Origin: Octopus vulgaris
Lineage: Eukaryota
Assembly (NCBI GenBank): GCA_951406725.2
Contig: OX597823.1
Location: forward strand, 76,012,001 to 76,076,000
Reading direction: 5' to 3'
DNA length: 64,000 nucleotides
In this document: positions 26,340-39,560 of the stretch, one piece after another
How the letters are laid out: every line of letters begins with the position of its first letter
How positions within the stretch are numbered: position 1 is the first letter of the stretch
Made by a program: the position numbers and the translations under genes
Notes under the pieces: generated by a model
The model's input: only the letters and a program-made list of their open reading frames with translations
What the model was told of the DNA's origin: nothing
Databases searched by the model: none

Positions 26340-27124
26340 GGATGTATATATATATATTTATATACACACAATCACAGTCACACATACATATATGTATGTA
26401 TATATACACATACATCTATGCCTATATAATATGTATGCCTATAATACTTGCACATAGATACATACGCACAGGCACGCGAAAACTGCCCTCCCCCATTTGC
26501 ATGTATACATAAAAACTGAAATCAAAATTCTTGCTATTTCGGTCTGGAACATCCAGTTTCCAAAGTGAGATTAAATACAGTGTGATAGTACAAGTCTAGC
26601 AATGAAGACATTTGTGCTGATAGTAATTTCGCGTAGGCGTAAGATGAATTTTAGCTAAGTCAGAAATTTCATTGCACATACGCATAAATTGTAGATATCG
26701 TTTCCTTTCGGCGGCAGTAAATATAGTACAGACTACCGAGGTAAATGGTAGAAGTCTTTGTTCGTATTACGTGTTGCCTTAAAGTAATTCTTCCGGGCTA
26801 TTGCGTTCAGAAAATCAAATTCTCTATACTATTACCTGCAACTTCATGAATATCGAGTGATCCTTCGGGACATTGACAAAGCTGAAAATCCTGGCATGTG
26901 GAATAGACCGAAAGAGTATACTTGTCACTTTATATAACCAGGCCATTCTTTACAAAATATACACATATTCATCTATCTATCTATTCATCCATCCATCAAT
27001 CCATCCATCCATCCATCCATCCATCCATACATACATACATACATACATACATACATTAATACATACATAGATACATACATGCATACTTACATATATACAT
27101 ACATATATGCATGCATCATACATA

Positions 27125-27314
27125 CAGGAGTTGTTGTGTGGTAAATTATATGAAATAAAGTAGCTTGATTACCAACACCACGGTTCCGGGTTTAGTCCCA
27201 CAGCTTTGCACCATGGGCAAGTGTCTTCTAATATAGACTCGGGCCGGACAAAGCCTTGTGAGTGGATGTGGTAAACAGAAACTGAAAGAAGCTCGTCTTG
27301 TATATGTGCGTGTA

Positions 27315-27345
<31 letters not shown>

Positions 27346-27545
27346 ATCTGTGTCTGTGTCTGTGTTTGTCCCACCATCCCTTGACAACTGATGTTTGTGT
27401 GTTTACGTCACCGTAATTTAGCGGTTCGGCAAAAGAGAACGATATAAGTACTAGGCATACAAACAATAAGTCCTAGGGTCCATATATTCGACTATAGTCA
27501 GTGCTCCAGCATAGCCGCAGTCAAATAACTGAAACGAGTAAAAGT
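27125..27545 (+). mobile_element. SINE family A
   Basis: caggagttgttgtgtggtaa...gggcaagtgtcttcta...gtgctccagcatagccgcagtcaaataactgaaac. Confidence 0.88.
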
Positions 27546-27616
27546 ATATATATATATATATATATATATACATGCACACTTTAAAAATACACGTATATAT
27601 AATATGCGTGTAAATA

Positions 27617-27665
<49 letters not shown>

Positions 27666-27885
27666 GGACAGACAGACGCAAGTCAAATGGGCTCCACGTA
27701 AGTTGGTATTTTTATACGTTCAAAAGTGTATATTGACAAATATTTTGTGTTTAAAAGTTGTGCAACAACATCCACTGCAAACCTTTGATAAATATCTACA
27801 CAAAATTTTGCCCCTTGCGGGCAAAATTTAAAAGAGTAAATTCTCATAGCCTTCGTGGTTTCATTTAGCCATTTTAACTTCAAAA

Positions 27886-29986
27886 ATGGCCACTGGTCAC
27901 CACGAGGCTGAGGTGCAAGTCAAGCGTGACGCAGAGACAGAAAAACAGGATGCTCTGTTAGCATACGCTGAACCTGACAACAACACCACCTCCACCACCA
28001 TCAACATCGACAACAGCAACAAATACAAAACAAAGGTCGCAAGGCCAAGCACCGTCAACACCATCAATGAGTACACCACCAACACCGACAACAACACTAT
28101 GGCAGAATCTGCTACTAAAACTGCTATCCCTACTAAAGACGTCGCCACCAATAACAATACCAACATCACCATCACCGCCACCAAAGACCGTGCCGTCAAT
28201 GCTACTAATACCACTAACACCACCGCCGTCACCAAGAACGACAATAACAACAACAACAACAACAACAACGACGACGACGACAACAACAATTCCCTTCAAC
28301 CACTGCTCACTCCATCACCAACAAGTGAAAAAATAACGACGACAAGCAAACGAAATGCCGAAATTTGCGCTAATGCAGGACTAAATTACGCAGGCAATTT
28401 TCCACCCCTTGCTAGTTGCATAATCAGCAACCACAAACCTACAACCTACACCCCTGCCATCAACACCAACACCACCGGCAGTAACAACAATAACAAAACA
28501 ACAACAAACTTCGCCGAGGCGATAAAAGAAAAGGTAACAAAAGTTTCGTTTACTACACAACAGATTAAAGATTGCAGAAACCTTATTACAAATGAAAACG
28601 GAAAAATACTCTTACACATACCTCAAGACATACTGAATGAGGAGAAAAAAAAGACAATTGTATATAAAATCACAAATAAAAAAACTAAAAGTCCAGAAAA
28701 GGCAAGCACAGACAAAGTCGAAAAGTATCTGGGGATACAAGGATTGTGTGACTTGGGCGAACAAGTTCGCACACGTACAGGTGGTTTTTCAGAATGAAGA
28801 GTTGGCGAAGACATTCTCAACGATAACCCTTCATTCTGATGAACTAACGATGACACCGAGTTACCTCGGCCAGAAGGTGACGAAGGTCATTATCAGTGGT
28901 GTCCCCCAAGTGACTACAACACTGTGGATAACATCCGCCTTAACATCCGAAATGGAGGACTTAAACATCCTAGATATCGGTGTTTCGGAAAACAAGGACT
29001 GGCTGGGAAAGAGAATAGAGTTCCTCTTCCACATAAGTCAAGAGGACATAAATAAAATCCCCACGCACGTACATCTTGAGGATGGCCGCAAGTTATACGT
29101 AGTAGTCGAGGGCAGAAGGCCACGATGCTATACATGTGGAAGTGAGGCACACCTCAAAAAGGAGTGCAAATCTGCCGCAAAATTACAACAACAACAGCCA
29201 CAGGAAAAATCACAAAAGCCAGCATTATTGCCCACACCACAATATGGACAGCTAGTCAAGAAGCTGTATGCGGAAATGCAGGAAAAACAACAAAGAACAA
29301 GCCAACCCAACCAAACAACACCAACACCAGCGCCAAGAACAGAATCATCACCACCAACAACAAATAAACCAATTCCAACACCAAGAATAACAACGAAGAA
29401 GACAAGCACCAAGGATGTAGGAGAGACAATAACCACAACAAACCCCCCAGCAACACCCTCCCCGCGCACCACAACAATATCTACAACCGCACAAACACAC
29501 CCAGACGCTTTACCCTTGCCCCCTGCTGATTCGTCAGACTTTTCATCTAACGATGAAAGTTCGACAGAATGGCAAATAGCCACAGGGGGTAAAAGAAAAA
29601 GATCAAGAAAAACCAAACAAGAAATCGCAACCAAAGCAGGGAGATACCTGAACCCTGAAAACTCCATACACAACAAAACAAGCACCAACACCACAAAAAC
29701 AATGCTATCAGCGATAGACACCAAAGACTCCAAACTAATGGAGTACATCACAGGATACACAAACATTTGTGAAGATGACTTTAAAAATAGCAATCATCCA
29801 CGCACTACACCACCCAAACACATCAAGATACTACACATCACACAAACACAACACCACCAACTCAAAGCCCTCTTCCCAAATGCTGTAGGGGGTTTCCAGA
29901 AATATCTGTCCCAAAAACTATATAAAAACCTTCTCGAAGACGCATCAAAGAACGAGGAAGCCAAAACATTCGACACAAGTAAGTAA
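27886..29986 (+). pseudogene. LINE ORF1 (nucleic-acid-binding, single zinc knuckle), split by one frameshift
   Basis: ORFs 27886-28797 and 28637-29986 overlap. CYTCGSEAHLKKEC = CX2CX4HX4C. Removing one G from gggg (28731-28734) joins them into about 699 aa. Confidence 0.85.
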
Positions 29987-30036
29987 CTCTCTGTACTTTC
30001 ATTTGTGTGTTTTAAAGCACACACCCCAATAAAATC

Positions 30037-33011
30037 ATGGTCAAGATTGGTTGTGTGAATGCGCGTGGCTTGGGGTCTCCTTGGAAACAAGGATACCTCC
30101 TAAATGACATCAAGTCACATGATTTGGGAATCATAGCCATAAGTGAGACCAGACTCCACGAGCCACGGGCCCTAAAATCCATGTTTGGTGGACAGTTTAA
30201 CATTTATTTCGCTCCCTGTCTGCTGAGGATGGGCGGTAGTGGCACCGCGGTACTTTTTCACAAGAGCCTGGATCTCGAAGTCAAGACGATATTCGTAGAC
30301 CCGGAGGGTAGACTGATCGTTCTGGATGTTGACGGCAGCAATGGGTGCGCTTTTCGACTCGTATCAGTCTACGCATCGCCCTTAACAGGTCGGGCGGATT
30401 TCTTTCGACGTCTAGAAGTATTCTTGGGAACGTCTCGTCCTTTACTCTTAGTGGGGGATTGGAATGCTACCTTGGACACGCATGTAGACTACGTGGGTAG
30501 AGACAGAAACAGAAGGGGATGCAAATGCCTCAGAGACCTGCTCAGACGATTCCAACTGTCTGACAGGTACCGACTCGACCACCCAAATGCACCAACGTGG
30601 ACATGGAGCAACCGCAGTGGGTCGTCGAGATCGTATCTAGATAGGATACTGTGTAGGACAGTAGACAGGGATAACTTAGGATGTCCACAATTCCACACAG
30701 TCAGCTACACGGATCACAAATTGGTGACGTGTATGCTAGACTTAGATAAGGCACATAGACAGGGTCCTGGGTACTGGAAACTGAACGCATCATTCCCGTC
30801 CAGACAAGTTTTCAGAGACCGGATTAGCACACTAGTAAAGAGGGGTTTGACGGGAGCCATCATCAACAACAAATGGTGGTTTGCCCTCAAGAGAGCAGTA
30901 AAAGCAGAAGCGATTAGGTACAGCAAAGCACTAGCCATAGATAGAAATAGAGTAGAGGGTGAGCTAGTTAAGAAGCTAGAAGAGGCCATTAGAAGCGGCA
31001 TCGCATCCGACGTTTTGGCGGCGAGGTTGGCCCTCGACCAACACTTCAACGCCAAACACGATGGATGTGCTGTCAGAGCTAGGATGCGTGCTCTAAGGAA
31101 CGAAAGTGTTGGAGCCGCGAGAGAGGCCCGGGTGGCAGAGGCGCAACAGGGCAACAAAGCCACCATTCGGTCACTGGTAGATGAACAGGGGCGCGAATTG
31201 CTCGAGCCAAGTAAAATGTGTGAGGCCTTTCAGCAGCATTTTGCCCGACTGTTCGGGACGAGTGGAGGGCAAGAACGTAGGGTGGACTTCAGTGCCTACC
31301 TACATAGCCTGCCACGACTCTCGACAAGAAAGGCAGGGTGCTGCGAAGGTGCCATCACGGCGGCGGAAGTGCAGGAAGCGATAGCAGAATGCTCGAGGGA
31401 CAAATCACCGGGTTTGGATGGTCTACCCTACGAGTTTTACAATTGTATGCCAGACTTGTTTGGAGACGTCTTGGCAGCTGCAACTGGCAGCAAAACGGGA
31501 GCATACCCGGTTTTGTGAGTAGAGGAGCTGTAACTCTGCTGAAGAAAGATCCAAACAAGGGAAACATTATAGATAACTTTAGACCAATCACGCTGCTCAA
31601 TGCAGACCTGAAAATTTTGACAAAGGTGTTAGCCAAAAGGTTGGCGCTTGTCATCGAGAAACTGGTCGACAACGCACAAACGTGCGCCGTGCCGGGCCGG
31701 AGCATCCATGACAACCTCCATCTAATGCGCTACATCATAGACAGGGTAGTTAACGAACCTGGCATGGGTGGGGCCCTGATCAACTTGGATCAATCGAAAG
31801 CCTTTGATAGGGTAGACCATCGATACTTGGAGGCAGTCCTGAGAGCGGCTGGTTTCGGTCCCGTCTTCCGCGGCTGGATAGCTGCCTTGTACAGAGGCAT
31901 CCGTTCGGTAATTCGCGTAAATGTACATCTATCGAGACCTTTCGACATTGCAGGTTCGGTCCGTCAGGGATGCCCCCTCTCGGCGCTTCTATACGTATTG
32001 ACTCTTGAGCCACTACTGCGGAAGCTGGCGACTCTAAGGGGCATCCTCTTCCGCTTCTTGTGGAAAGGATGCGTCCCGATGGTCAGGCGATCCATTTGCT
32101 GTCAACACCCGTTAAAAGGAGGGCTGGGCATTCCGTGGTTGATGATGCGCAGACACGCGCTGAGACTGCGACATCTCCGGCTCTATGTAGACGACGGTGA
32201 ACAGGTGTGGTCGCCGTTTGTGAGGCACGCATTCCCGCAACTCGTCTCCATGACCGAACTACAGTCGTGGATCAAAAAGAGGCCGAGGAAGGGCGAATGG
32301 CACCGCGAGTGTCGCGTTGCTCTCAAGCAACTCTGCCGTCCCGGGTCGACCTTGAGTGACTTCAACACAACCAAAGCATTCTATAGGGGATTAGTGGAGG
32401 GGAGGTACGACGACGAGCTCCCGGGCAAACCTGGGCGTCGACGAGGAATACCTAACCCGCCTGTTTCAAACGACTTTCGGCCCGGGACCTATGGACAACT
32501 TCCAGAGATCCCTGGCCTGGCGGTGCTACCGAGAAGCGCTACCCGTTCGGGATAAGCTCTATAGGCATGGCTCGAGAAACACGGAGCCGACCTGTCGAGA
32601 TGCGGGCAGAGCGACGAAACCGCTCTGCACGCAATCGTGCAGTGTCCAGCAATTTCCGACCTGTGGGCTTATGTCGAACGACTGCTGTCACGTGTTGGAC
32701 GTGTCGGTTTATCAGCCGAGTCTATCGTTAATATCGTCACGCCTCCTTCCTTCAAACGGGAAGGAAGAGCTATTTTTATCATACTTGTGGCTATGGCGAA
32801 AGAATGTATCTGGTGGACGCGCCTGAAAGGATTAGAGACAAACACTTTCCTCTCTGGTCAATCTCTCATCAACTTCTTCAAGTATCACTTGAAGAGGAAA
32901 GTGAGAGTAGAGAGGCAAGTTTTGTCTAGTGAATGTTTTAAAAAAAGATGGGTGAATGTAGCAAGGATGGCAAGTATGAATGACGAAGCCACCTTGACTA
33001 TGATTCTATGA
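30037..33011 (+). pseudogene. LINE ORF2 (AP endonuclease + reverse transcriptase), frameshifted and lacking the YADD region
   Basis: APE motifs CVNARGL, ISET, VYA, GDWNA, TW, SYLDRI, TDH, WKLN. RT motifs KSPGLDG, FRPITLLNADLKI, LDQSKAFDRV, VRQGCPLS. No YADD. C-terminal C..C..ET..H...C across frameshifts. Confidence 0.93.
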
Positions 33012-33430
33012 ACCATAAAAATTAATACAGAGAGTTGATTATTTGCAAAAAAAAAAAAAGGAAATATAACATGTGACTTCATTGACCGACGTTACCGTGG
33101 TCTTTTCCGTAGGCTTTTCTTTCCACGGGTAAACCTCACCTGTCCTCCCCTTTACACTTCATATTGACATTTCTGTGATAACGATCCCTATTATTCATTT
33201 TTTTCTCCCCCCTTTTTTTGTCTTTTTTCTTTCCTTTTACGATCCCTTTTGATCGAAAACCACCACTCTCTTTTTTTTTTTTTACCCCCAAAAGAAAAGC
33301 TCTACCTTGTAATTTGTTCTATCTGTGTGCAGCCCTGTGTGGCTAATAAAGAAACATATCTATCTATCTATCTATCAGCTATCAATCAATCTACCTATAT
33401 CTATCTGTCTATCTCCCCCTCTCTCTTCGC

Positions 33431-33524
<94 letters not shown>

Positions 33525-33803
33525 TTATCTATGTATGTGTGGTGTGTATTCATACATATGCATATGTGTATGTTCATGGATGTATAGATACATATATATT
33601 TTTATATCTATGCTTTTCATTTCCATTCGCGTATATTGTTCGGTAAGCATGCAAGTAATTGTTTTATCATTATACGTAATTTTATAAAATTATAAAATTG
33701 GGAAAAATAGAAAAATAGGACGTAAAATTCAGACTATATTAGAAATTCATTAACTCATATTTACCTGTACACAATTATTCGAAACATTGCGTGTATATAT
33801 ACA

Positions 33804-33884
<81 letters not shown>

Positions 33885-33978
33885 TGTACTGTTTCGTAAT
33901 TGTAATATTAACAAAAACCGTACGCCATACGTTGAGAGATAAATATTAATTAATAAACAGAATATATTTTTTTATGAG

Positions 33979-34020
33979 CTACTTAATGGTTTCATGCGAT
34001 GGGAGCATCTCACACAGCAG
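33979..34020 (-). ncRNA. Degenerate hammerhead-like motif
   Basis: Minus strand: ctgct|gtgtgag|atgc tcccatc gcat|gaaac ca tta|agtag; stems retained, CUGANGA box eroded. Confidence 0.3.
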
Positions 34021-35261
34021 TTTTTAACGTGTCTGGTGCTTCACATAATCCTCAGGCTATGCCCTCCTCCCACGCATACACACACCGTGGCATAGCAAGA
34101 GAAAACAGGATGACTAGAGGAAAGAATATCCGAGGAAAGGCGGGAAGGGAGCAGAAGTAAAAGGTCGAAGGTTGTGAAACCGGAAAGCGAAAAAGAAAAC
34201 AGAAAAAGAAAAAGTTGAAAGGATAAAATTATGTCCCATAAAGTCATAAGCCGGAAAGGATAGTTGTCTGCAATACAGTTTCTTAATCCGGGAACTTATT
34301 CGTGTGTTTACAACATCTGAAAATACCAGTTCTAGATTTCAGCACTGCAGTGGATTTCTTTCCTTAAAAAAATATGTGTTCTTTCATCTACACATAGCTC
34401 AAAATGTTTCATCCGTTGATATATGATATGGACTTTTCAGCAATTTTCCACTTTATTGTATGTGGTGTGGCATTAGACTTCTAACCCCTTACGCTGCCAC
34501 CCAACATAGTGCCTTTACTTTTGTCCTTGCTGCCGGATGGAAGATAGGTGGTTAGTATAGCGATGTTTGAAACCGCCTTCGCATAGCCGGATGTGGCTAT
34601 TCTTTTCGGTTATGTTATAATCTAGCGTCTCTGTAACTTCTGCCTCATGTATGACAGGCTTAATCGTGCATCCCTCCTGGTTCCTAGTTCATATTTATAT
34701 GTGCTATTCGATATATCGCTCTTATTTCGTTGAGATGTTGTTACCATGGAACAAAGAGATGAGCACCATTTGTTATATTCTACCCGAAGGACATACAGAC
34801 ATAGCTACATAGAATCATAGAAACGTCTATGCACATCTATACACAAATGTACTTATACTCACACATATCATTCCATTTATGTACATGCGTGTGCATGTGC
34901 GTGTGTGTATGTATATATGTATGTATGTAAGTATGAATGTTTGTATGTAATGGCAATGGTATAGATGTTTCTATTAGTGATGAAAATAAGTCGAAACTTA
35001 GCGATATTGTAAACATCATAGATATTGTAAACATCGTTCACAACAGACAGTTTTAATTACTAATATCATCGTATCAAAATCTCTTTGTGCATTTATTTTA
35101 CATAACACCTATGTAATCACTGAAAGGCAAAATTTTGGCAAAAAATATTTACAAAATATGCTGTTCGCTATCGAAAAAGTGACATGATCATTTGACTTTA
35201 AAATGCTTAAACTACTTAAATAGTCACATGTATGTATGAAAATGTATATACGTATCTATGC

Positions 35262-35297
<36 letters not shown>

Positions 35298-35799
35298 ACG
35301 CACGCACACGGAGATGCGTGTATTTGTGTGTATATATGTGTTAGTCTATTTGTATATGTATATATATACATACATACACACACATACACACACACACACG
35401 CATATATATATATATGTATATATATTGATGGAAATAGCAAGACAACAAAAGAATTAAAGAGACCTCGATATTATGTAAATAAAGGAATTTATCTGTAAAC
35501 ATATGCGACAATTATTCGGTAGCCAAATACACACACACACACATATATATATATACATACACACACACAGAGATATGCGTGTTTGAGTGTATGTATGTGT
35601 AAGTGTTTATATATACAACTGACGTCGAAAGACTTTATAAACTATCGGGAGAGTGTGGAGTATATGATTTTTTTAATTATGTTGGTTCTCGAAGTGCATA
35701 TAATGTTATAAACAACATCATGTAAATAGGGGGCAGACTTCGTCTTTTCTTGGCAAATGAGATTTTTCAACCCAATATCTACATTTTATTGTTTATAGT

Positions 35800-37010
35800 T
35801 TTATATGTATTTCGTGGCGTACAAACTTGAACGTACTACATCACGATTTTGCAAACGCCCGTGATAAACATGATAATAGGATAATATGAAAGAAGCTATG
35901 GAGACTCGGCTTAGTTGGAGAACTGCGTGAGTAATTACATGACTTCTTCAAAGACAGAAGTCAGGCTGTAGCAATCAATGTTGCCTTCTCCATGAACACA
36001 GTATTAAATAATGGGATCTTCAGGAAACTCACTAGGGGCCTTTGCTGTTTATGATAGCTCCCTCAGACATGATATAAGTTACTCAACCAGCTACACTTAC
36101 TAGCTATATCGACGATGAAAAGTCGTATAAGCACTCAAGAAAACTTTCAAAGTTAATCTTCTACAAAATGTCAAAGATGCCGTATAATAATAGGCTTCAG
36201 AAATCAATATTCAATACAATGCAGGAAAATTCCATGTCCGATGTATTCAGCCAGCTTATACTAACACGCCGCCACAAATATGTTTCAGACAAAAGGAATC
36301 GCTATTCCTAGTCTCACACAATGCCTGGTCTAGGGATTGATATCAGGAAGAACGCTCGGGTTCAGATACGTATCTATACATATCACCAAAATGGTGGTAA
36401 TGCGCAAGTGAATGGCCAATGAATTTTGAGAACTTTCAGAACAAGTGACCAGGCAGCTATGCTGTTTTTACGGAGAACATTTGTCCTCAGCCGCCTTCAC
36501 TACTGCGTTCAATTCTGGTCAAAGTACAGTGTCAAATTAATCGCAGAACTTGTAACCGTTCAGCGCTGTTACACCAGTAAGACTACTTAGAGACAGGACG
36601 CTGAACTACTTAGAGAGACCGAAAGAGTTACGAATTGTACTTCTGGAGTAAAGACGGGAGAGATATGCAGATCTTAGATGTTTTGGTATCAAATTTCAGC
36701 ACCGAGAGTTATACCGGACCAGGTACAGCAATAGCTTTGGATTCAAATGCCCACAATCATGTAATATCTTGTCAGAAAATCTAAAAAATCTACATTGAGT
36801 GGGGATAGCAGTTTCTAAGAAACAATTTGATTTCCTGTTGTCCTAGGTCCTAGATTAATTTATATTACGGCAAGAAACTCACAAGAGCGTAGTAATATCA
36901 AGATCCCTACTTCACCAAAGCCTAATCACAATAGAATATCTATAGAAAATGTTATAATACTGGCGGCGCCCCTGTATGGCCACCACCTTTGAACCGAAAC
37001 ACATAAAAGT
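35800..37010 (+). mobile_element. CR1-clade LINE 3' remnant (decayed RT, C-terminus and 3' end)
   Basis: Relics HDFANARDK (cf. DFxKAFD), SYIDD (cf. YADD), TFVLSRLHYCVQFWSKYSVKLIAELVTVQRCYT (cf. LEYCVQFWSP...LExVQR) and LE*RRERY. Confidence 0.8.
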
Positions 37011-37029
37011 ACAAAAGAATATAGATTTA

Positions 37030-37296
<267 letters not shown>

Positions 37297-38695
37297 ACCT
37301 ACATTCATAACGTACGATTGAATTTAGGAAGATTTGAAGTGAAGGATATTAAAGAGATAGATTGTATTTATAGTAAAATATTTTATTGCTAATATATTAG
37401 AGTAATTAGGTGCTTGTGTCGGTAACTATTAATTAAAAGAACTGAAAATATAATTATATGTTTTAATATATAAAAGATAAGAAGGAACGTGAAAAATATA
37501 TAACTGTAATTATCTTATAAGTAACATGGCATCATATATATATCAGTTGAATATCTTGCAATGGCGCCATCTAGGTTGATATTTGTACGGAAAATGAATT
37601 CTTCGAAAATTGATTCTGTGATATTAATATTAATATACGCATAATCATTATGTGTGTGTAATTGGACGTTATTTAAATATAAAAGTATATTTTAAGTTGT
37701 ATGACGATATTTGTGTCTCGAAAGTCTGCGTGCCAAAATTAATAAGATTGTGAGTTCTTCCTTTGGATTTTTGTAACAAATTGTGTGAAAAAGTATTGGC
37801 GTGTGTTATGTAGGTGAGTAACTCTGGCTACTAGATTTTATACTGGAATTAAATGTTGTTTAACTGTTACATCCTGGAGAGAATTGGAGGCTTATAAATA
37901 AAATTGGTAGATAATGTTTACATCAGAATTTTAAAAATCACTGTGATTGTGTAATTAATTAAAATATGATTTAAGTAAATACTGAAATCCTGATGAGGTG
38001 GAAGATCTTAATGATGGTAATTATGATGATGTCGACGACGACGGTGATGGTGTTAATGATAATGATATAGATAAACTATTTTTAGAGGTAATAGGTTTTA
38101 ATACAGATATGTGTGTATACTTCCAATTTATGATTGTATCCAATACCAGGCAGTAGCAGGGAACTGCCAAAATGAAGTCTAAAACCAAGTGGTACTAATA
38201 ATCTACATATGTGATTGCAATTTACATACAAAAACAGGGGAGATTAGAATATTTTATTTTAATGAAAAAACAAAGGGTTAAGAAATAGAATTTCTATAAT
38301 TAGAATAATGTACATATGAAAGTTCAGGAGGACTGCAGTAAATCGATGGGAGATAAAGGGAATTTCTGAGTCAGGAATATATGGGTGCTAGAAAGCAGTA
38401 TATTAATATTACCTGTAAACATTTATTATTATCAAGAACAAAAAAAATATTTGCAAAATAGATATGAAAATATATGAGGGTAACATAATAAAATATATTT
38501 ATTAAGGATGACTAAACAGGGTGTTCGGGGTTAAATTTCACGATTTTTCATGTCTCCTCTTCTCTTTTCAGAAGCAGCTTGACGTATAGGGGAGCAGTAA
38601 GCGGCACTGGAGAACGTTAAGATTAATGTTATAGTTGTAAAAAATAATTTTTTTTTAAATACTGGAAACTATCTGAATTTTGGAAGAAAGTTAAC

Positions 38696-39103
38696 TCTCT
38701 TTACTCTTTACTCTTTTACTTGTTTCAGTCATTTGACTGCGGCTATGCTGGAGCACCGCCTTTAATCGAGCAATTCGATCCCGGGACTTATTCTTCTGTA
38801 AGCCCAGTACTTATTCTATCGGTCTCTTTTGCCGAACTGCTAAGTAACGGGGACATAAACACACCAGCATCGGTTGTCAAGCAATGCTAGGGGGACAAAC
38901 ACAGACACACATACACTCATATATGTATATACATATATACGACGGGCTTCTTTCAGTTTCCGTCTACCAAATCCACTCACAGGGCTTTGGTCGGCCCGAG
39001 GCTATTGTAGAAGACACGTGCCCAAGGTGTCACGCAGTGGGACTGAACCCGGAACCATATGGTTGGTAAACAAGCTACTTACCACACAGCCACTCCTGCG
39101 CCT
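38696..39103 (-). mobile_element. SINE family A, full length
   Basis: Colinear with 911-1357 from head to (ctctttta)n tail. Confidence 0.92.
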
Positions 39104-39289
39104 ATAACTGTATTATAATGATTTGCACCGAATATCAAAATACCGATATCATGACTGCTGATGACTGCTACTCAATGCTGTGTGAACATTGTGAAGGCTG
39201 TATGACGTGGCATACGGAAAATAGGAAGCCATGAGTACCAAGAAGGAACACAGCAGGCATTCTGAGTGCATCCGCACACCGGAATTCAT

Positions 39290-39560
39290 CACCACATATT
39301 TGAAGAGTATAGTGTTTAAGCTCAATTCAGACGACTACGTGAAGCTTCTGAAGACTTCGTCAAGCGCTGTCTCTAAAGGATCGCTTTGGAAAGCAATACC
39401 ATTGGCAGCAGGATTTAGCTCCTTGCCATACCTCCTGAAATAGTCAGAAGTAGTTGTCAGTGAACTTTTACGACTTCACCAGCCCCTTGTTCTGGACTCC
39501 TAATTCCCCCAATTATAATCTCACGGTTAACTACAACTGGTCGCTTCGTGGCACATGTGC
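39290..39560 (+). mobile_element. Tc1/mariner-superfamily transposase remnant (maT/DD37D-like catalytic region)
   Basis: WQQDLAPCHTS*NSQK*LSVNFYDFTSPLFWTPNSPNYNL (cf. WQQDSAPxH...WPPxSPDLNPxDY). Confidence 0.75.

Larger units (their letters stand above)
27666..33355 (+). mobile_element. L1/Tx1-clade non-LTR retrotransposon, near full length, disabled
   Basis: 5' UTR, ORF1 with CCHC knuckle, ORF2 with APE, RT and C-terminal Cys/His finger, T-rich 3' UTR, and AATAAA at 33345-33350. (TATC)n lies on both sides (27616-27665, 33356-33376). Confidence 0.93.

Noticed and set aside
27897-32374. Antisense ORFs over the LINE
   Set aside because: Shadows of the ORF1/ORF2 codon structure with no independent motifs.
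37988-38010. CTGATGAG as a hammerhead core
   Set aside because: No downstream stem II-GAAA-NUH arrangement.
38572-38596. Possible 25-nt microexon (strong polypyrimidine-AG, GTAAGC donor)
   Set aside because: Splice-like signals alone are expected by chance in 64 kb, and no neighbouring exons or homology are visible. RNA-seq would be needed.
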